Positions 59,366-64,000 of a stretch of 64,000 nt of DNA are shown here, piece by piece. A program made the translations under genes and the position numbers. The notes under the pieces are model-generated. The model searched no databases, was not told the origin of the DNA, and was given only the letters and a program-made list of their open reading frames with translations. Location of the stretch: positions 1,043-65,042 of the forward strand of contig JAFXAB010000001.1 of NCBI GenBank assembly GCA_017522135.1, given 5' to 3'. Each line of letters starts with the position of its first letter. Position 1 is the first letter of the stretch. This stretch comes from Bacteroidaceae bacterium (lineage in GTDB: Bacteria > Bacteroidota > Bacteroidia > Bacteroidales > Barnesiellaceae_A).

Positions 59366-60847
59366 ATGAAAAAACTTCTACTTATTACCCTCGCCATGTT
59401 TGCTGCATTTATGGCCAATGCAGAAGAGGTAAAAGTTACATGGAACGGACAAAGCGATTGGACCGGTGTCGCCGACCAAGCCGCCACAATTTCTTACACA
59501 TATAACGGTATCGCTATCACTGTCGACAAAGCAGAAGGAAGTACAAAACCTACAGTCAACGCCAACTCAAACGACCTTCGCGCCTATGCCAAAAACACGA
59601 TTCGCATCACAAGTGAGATAGGCAATATGACAAGTATCTCATTTGAACTTTCGGCTCAAGGCCTAAAACGTTTGCCCGAACTTACAGCAACCAATGGTGA
59701 GTTTACGTATGATGTAGAGAATGCCAACGTAACATGGACCGGTGATATTGCCGACCTCACCATTACAGTAGGCGAAAAAGCCACACTCGGTAGCGACGGT
59801 GCAAGCAAATCCGGCCAATTTGACTTCCTCAGCTTCACGGTTACAACAGGTGCCGCTCCTGCCATTGCAATACCCATATTCTCTATCAACGGTGGTACTT
59901 TCTACGAGCCTGTTGAGGTAGAAATCACCTGCTCAACAGAAGGTGCTTCTATCTATTACACACTCGATGGCACAACTCCCGATGAAAGCAAAACGCTCTA
60001 TCAAGAGACCATCACCATCAGCGAGACTGCTACATTGAAAGCCATAGCTGTAAAAGAGGGTGAAACATCAGGTGTAAACGAGGCTACATATACAATCAAG
60101 ACAGTTCCCGAAGTTGCCGACATCACTGCATTCTTGGCTACCAACACTACCGAGGCTGCCAAAACCGATATATACCGCATCACATGCCCCGTAACTGTTA
60201 TATATCAATACGACCGCTACCTCTACATTACCGATGGCACAAAGTCGCTCCAAGTATACGGCTCTCTCAACAACACTTACACCAATGGCGATGTATTGGA
60301 AGGTATATGCGGTAGCGTAGGTTACTACAATGGTACATACCAGATGACTCCCGTTGTAACAAGTTTTGGTGATGCTACTCCCGGCACAGCAGTACAACCC
60401 GCCACTGTCACAATCGAAGACATCACCAACGACATGGTGAGCGATTATATACGTATCACTAAGGTTACCGTTGAGCAAGACAAAACATTTAGCGATGCTA
60501 CAGGTACTATCGATGCTTACAAGCGTTTCGATGTTGAACTTCCCGCGGTGGGTGCCGATACATACACTGTCGAAGGTTTTGTAAGCAACTACAAAGGCAC
60601 TCTCCAAATCTTCCCCACCAAGATTACCAACACAACTGCACTCAATGCTACACAAGCTGTTGCCGGTCGCGTTTATGCCACCAATGGTTATATCAAGACC
60701 AATGGCAACAACGAAACTGTAAGCGTATATAACGTAACAGGCAAACTTGTTGCTACCGGTATGGCCGGTCGCGACATCAAGGTAAACGGCAAGGGTATAT
60801 ATATCGTAAAAGTTGGCAACAAAGCCACCAAGGTAGTTGTTCGCTAA
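59366..60847 (+). CDS. Secreted protein with CHB_HEX_C/Fn3-associated domain and T9SS-type CTD
   Basis: Signal peptide, IYYTLDGTTP..TLKAIA, CTD VYNVTGK..GIYIVKVG..KVVVR. Confidence 0.85.
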   Translation: MKKLLLITLAMFAAFMANAEEVKVTWNGQSDWTGVADQAATISYTYNGIAITVDKAEGSTKPTVNANSNDLRAYAKNTIRITSEIGNMTSISFELSAQGLKRLPELTATNGEFTYDVENANVTWTGDIADLTITVGEKATLGSDGASKSGQFDFLSFTVTTGAAPAIAIPIFSINGGTFYEPVEVEITCSTEGASIYYTLDGTTPDESKTLYQETITISETATLKAIAVKEGETSGVNEATYTIKTVPEVADITAFLATNTTEAAKTDIYRITCPVTVIYQYDRYLYITDGTKSLQVYGSLNNTYTNGDVLEGICGSVGYYNGTYQMTPVVTSFGDATPGTAVQPATVTIEDITNDMVSDYIRITKVTVEQDKTFSDATGTIDAYKRFDVELPAVGADTYTVEGFVSNYKGTLQIFPTKITNTTALNATQAVAGRVYATNGYIKTNGNNETVSVYNVTGKLVATGMAGRDIKVNGKGIYIVKVGNKATKVVVR

Positions 60848-60871
60848 TATTATACAACATATAAACCTATC

Positions 60872-60907
60872 AAATAGCGTTGCCCAAATCCCGGCAACGC
60901 TATTTTT
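60872..60907 (+). terminator. Rho-independent terminator
   Basis: AAATAGCGTTGCC..GGCAACGCTATTTTT. Confidence 0.85.
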
Positions 60908-61005
60908 ATACTCCGGTTCTGAAAAAAATATAAACCTATTTGTTTTGTTCTACCATCTCTTATTACTACCTTTACCGAAAAGAGATTCTATACCATCAAC
61001 ATATT

Positions 61006-62760
61006 ATGCCACGATATATTTCTATTCTATGTCTTATGTTATGCCTTATGACACCCACGGCTGCAAAGACACATTACAAACTGATAACGCCCCAATGGAA
61101 CACCTATAACAGCGACTTTCGTCATGCTACAACCGACGACAAAGGCAACCTTACCGACTGCTATACACGCATGGGATGCGATACGGTAAACATCATTGAC
61201 ACAGAAGCCTCAAACGAATACTCGCTCGACATAAACTTCCTTATAACCAACCTGCACGAAAAGCCCTACACTACATATCCTCAATATTACTACAACGACG
61301 AAGGTAAAATATGCAAGGGGCAACCGGTAGAACGCCCCATATATGGATGGGTATTTGGGATGAACGATATGCAACACTACAGTGCCATACTCATGCGCTC
61401 TGCTCCTCAAGATGACGAGCTATATGAAAACGTGGGGGTAGAATTTCGCGTTATCAGCGTCAACGGCAACGATACTACATACTATAACGATTGGAAAATA
61501 TGCCACTACAACGATCTTGTCAATAAATCGAGCCGACACAGCTTGTGGATACAATACCGCAACAACACCTTGTGGTTTGGTGGCGGATGGAGTAATGATA
61601 TACCTTGGGATGTTATACACAACATACCCACCTACGGCACTTATACCGGATTGTATCTGCAAGCCGGAGCAAAGGTGTGTATTGAAGATGCCATGATCTT
61701 TGTAGAAGACAAGTTGTCGCAACCTCACACCCTGCTGACAAGTGAAATACTCGATACATACTATCGCTCCACCCCCTGCGCCTTTATTGAGGGATTTTGG
61801 GAGGTAGCCCTTGACAATCGCCCCATCAACCGCATCAAGATGGGTGGCAAATATTCATTGGGCATTATCTACAATGGTTACAGCTACTATATGATATACA
61901 TCGATGGAGCCCAAATATACCCCGGCAAGTGGGCTGAAGGTGATGTAAAGGGAGAACTGATACCCACCGAAGCCGGATACTACAAGGCTGTGTGGTATGA
62001 TGCCGAAGGCTGCAAGATGGAGAATGTGCTGGCCTTTCTCAATGGCAATGAGTTGACGCTCGATTTTGTAGATGAACAGACACGACTTATCCTCTCTCGT
62101 ACCAAACAATATATCAACCCTACAACAACCGGTATAAATGTTTCCGGCACCGGATTTGCACTATCGTCCGACGGCTATATAGCAACCAACTATCATGTTA
62201 TAAGAAATGCCCGCAACATAGAGGTAAACTGCCTCAATATTGAGTTTCCGCAAACCTTCAAGGCCGAGGTTGTCGCCACAGACAGCATCCATGACTTGGC
62301 TATTATACATATCAATGACGACAACTTTGTAGGATTTGAAGAACTACCCTACAGCATAAGCGACCGACAGGCGCGCAAGGGTGAGACGGTATTTTATCTG
62401 GGATATCCCATACCCACTCTTACAGGAAATGAACTGAAGACCTCTATAGGTGAGATAAATGCAGCAAATGCAACGAATGGTGTGCAATATATGGTATCGG
62501 TAGATGTAGATCATGGCAGTAGTGGCAGCCCACTTTTTGACAACGAAGGTAATATCATTGGTGTGATTTCGAGTTTATTATACAAGGAACTCACAAACCT
62601 TAATGCCAACTTTGCTGTAAAGTCATCTTATTTACTCAAGTTGGCCGAACAAGTAGAGGGGCTGAATATGCAACACATCAACAAAACCAAAGATCTATCG
62701 CACCCCGACCGCATCGAGGCAATAGCTCCGTTTGTCTTCATACTGAATATTACATACTAA
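61006..62760 (+). CDS. Exported protein with C-terminal trypsin-like (S1C) serine protease domain
   Basis: SGTGF..ATNYHVI, DLAII, HGSSGSPL triad motifs. Confidence 0.88.
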   Translation: MPRYISILCLMLCLMTPTAAKTHYKLITPQWNTYNSDFRHATTDDKGNLTDCYTRMGCDTVNIIDTEASNEYSLDINFLITNLHEKPYTTYPQYYYNDEGKICKGQPVERPIYGWVFGMNDMQHYSAILMRSAPQDDELYENVGVEFRVISVNGNDTTYYNDWKICHYNDLVNKSSRHSLWIQYRNNTLWFGGGWSNDIPWDVIHNIPTYGTYTGLYLQAGAKVCIEDAMIFVEDKLSQPHTLLTSEILDTYYRSTPCAFIEGFWEVALDNRPINRIKMGGKYSLGIIYNGYSYYMIYIDGAQIYPGKWAEGDVKGELIPTEAGYYKAVWYDAEGCKMENVLAFLNGNELTLDFVDEQTRLILSRTKQYINPTTTGINVSGTGFALSSDGYIATNYHVIRNARNIEVNCLNIEFPQTFKAEVVATDSIHDLAIIHINDDNFVGFEELPYSISDRQARKGETVFYLGYPIPTLTGNELKTSIGEINAANATNGVQYMVSVDVDHGSSGSPLFDNEGNIIGVISSLLYKELTNLNANFAVKSSYLLKLAEQVEGLNMQHINKTKDLSHPDRIEAIAPFVFILNITY

Positions 62761-62806
62761 GTGATGTACCCATTATAGGCTGTCGCATCTTAGACCTGCA
62801 TAGTGC

Positions 62807-64000
62807 TCACAACTTCCTGTCTAAGTATACACTGAGAATGTTGCGCAACTCGTCGATGCGCTCTTTGATATAGTTCCAGGTTTTACGCGACGAGTCATCA
62901 AGAGAAGAGAGTTTCTCGGGGTCGTGCGATATATTGTCGGAGTGAGCAACCCATTCGGCCGCTGTCTGATAGTCTCCCAACTGCAAGTAACACAAGATAA
63001 TATCGAACAGATAATGTGGCTCATAAGGGTCTTGTTCCAAGAGTAGCTCCAGCACTTTTACAGCCTCGTCATATCGTTGCAAGTGTATACACACATCGGC
63101 AAGAGCCGATGCCGGAACAGTATCGATAACAGGAGCAAGCTCGGTACGCAACAAGTGTATATAAGCCTCTTCATACGCCTCTTGTTGCATGAGCAGTTCT
63201 CCCATAAACACATGAGCCTCATCATCGCTATCGTCACAGGCCACAGCCTTTCGCAAGTATGATATAGCCTCGTCGACCTCACCCATATAGTAATGATTGA
63301 CTGCCAATTGGTAGTACAAGTCGTGACTGCTATCGTTTATTTCCACAGCTTTCAACAGATACTCTATAGCCTGTTCGTGTTTCTCCATACGACCATAAGC
63401 CTCTGCTATAAGCTCATAGGCAACTGCCTTGTCTGATGTACACTGCAAGAATATCTCAAACTGCTCTACGGCCTCTCTATAATCACCTTGGTCGTAATAA
63501 CAATAACCCTTAAAAGCCACAATACTCTCGTCATTGCCTTCTATGGCAAGGGCAAAATCACAAGCATCTATTGCCTTGTTATACTCCTTACGGCGGGCAT
63601 AAACCTTGGCCAGCGAGAACCAATCGTCTGTTGAGTAGGGGTCTATATCAAGCACCTTGTTATACAAGTCTATGGCTTTGTCATCCTCCTCTTTTTCCTC
63701 ATACAGCATAGCCAGCTCACGCAGATATGGACTCACATGGTCAAACTTTTTCTCCACCCGAGGTGTAATATTGTCCAACAACTCGGTCCTATCATAATCG
63801 GCACACACATCAAGGATGTCTATACAATCTTCTATTACACAATCGGCATCCGATATGATATGATTGAAAGCCTCCATTGCGGCATCTATATCCTCCTGCA
63901 TCAAGGCACATTCGGCACTTGCAAAATAGTACTCGATATTGCGCTCGGTAATAGACGCAAGTTCTTTTACTGCATCCTCAATACGTCCCAACAACAAGAG
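62807..64000 (-). CDS. TPR protein, 5' part outside the window
   Basis: Tandem TPR motifs; frame open at the window edge. Confidence 0.85.
   Translation of the reverse strand, partial: LLLLGRIEDAVKELASITERNIEYYFASAECALMQEDIDAAMEAFNHIISDADCVIEDCIDILDVCADYDRTELLDNITPRVEKKFDHVSPYLRELAMLYEEKEEDDKAIDLYNKVLDIDPYSTDDWFSLAKVYARRKEYNKAIDACDFALAIEGNDESIVAFKGYCYYDQGDYREAVEQFEIFLQCTSDKAVAYELIAEAYGRMEKHEQAIEYLLKAVEINDSSHDLYYQLAVNHYYMGEVDEAISYLRKAVACDDSDDEAHVFMGELLMQQEAYEEAYIHLLRTELAPVIDTVPASALADVCIHLQRYDEAVKVLELLLEQDPYEPHYLFDIILCYLQLGDYQTAAEWVAHSDNISHDPEKLSSLDDSSRKTWNYIKERIDELRNILSVYLDRKL

Noticed and set aside
20904-62760. Many long antisense ORFs (e.g. 21288-21932, 45380-46033, 46819-47469, 49975-50685)
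   Set aside because: They lie opposite well-supported genes and show no motifs; typical codon-bias shadows
1-64000. DGR template repeat or reverse transcriptase within the window
   Set aside because: No second copy of the 2647-2763 segment and no RT motif ((Y/F)xDD in RT context) seen by eye, so a complete DGR is not called here
1-64000. CRISPR array, rRNA, IS/transposase or integrase
   Set aside because: No regularly spaced repeats, rRNA sequence, or DDE/tyrosine/serine recombinase motifs seen; the phage integrase is presumably at the other prophage end

Overview
Bacteroidales chromosome window. Bases 1 to ~15,110 are the early, replication/recombination and immunity end of a temperate prophage, almost all on the minus strand: DNA methyltransferase, YopX, DnaC-like loader, DUF4373 initiator, VRR-NUC, HU, SNF2 helicase, RecE/RecT-like pair and a Cro/CI-like switch. 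The prophage ends at an apparent att junction inside the 3' end of ppdK. Bases ~15,140-64,000 are host DNA: a small accessory TPR/Sel1/AAA/DUF1963 cluster, then housekeeping genes (kdsC, maf, fmt, tsaC, prs, gyrA, clpC, htpG, RelA/SpoT, frameshifted fabD) and T9SS-type surface proteins. Most notable observations: (1) a DGR variable-repeat signature in a small, apparently non-tail early phage protein, with no RT or TR seen in the window; (2) a phage tRNA-like RNA with intact acceptor, D and T arms but a scrambled 30-nt anticodon domain; (3) integration into the ppdK C-terminus; (4) a repeated 16-bp operator-like motif with an exact copy inside the repressor gene; (5) a Z-DNA-prone tract just downstream of the predicted gyrA promoter. 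All family assignments come from motif recognition by eye, not from database searches.
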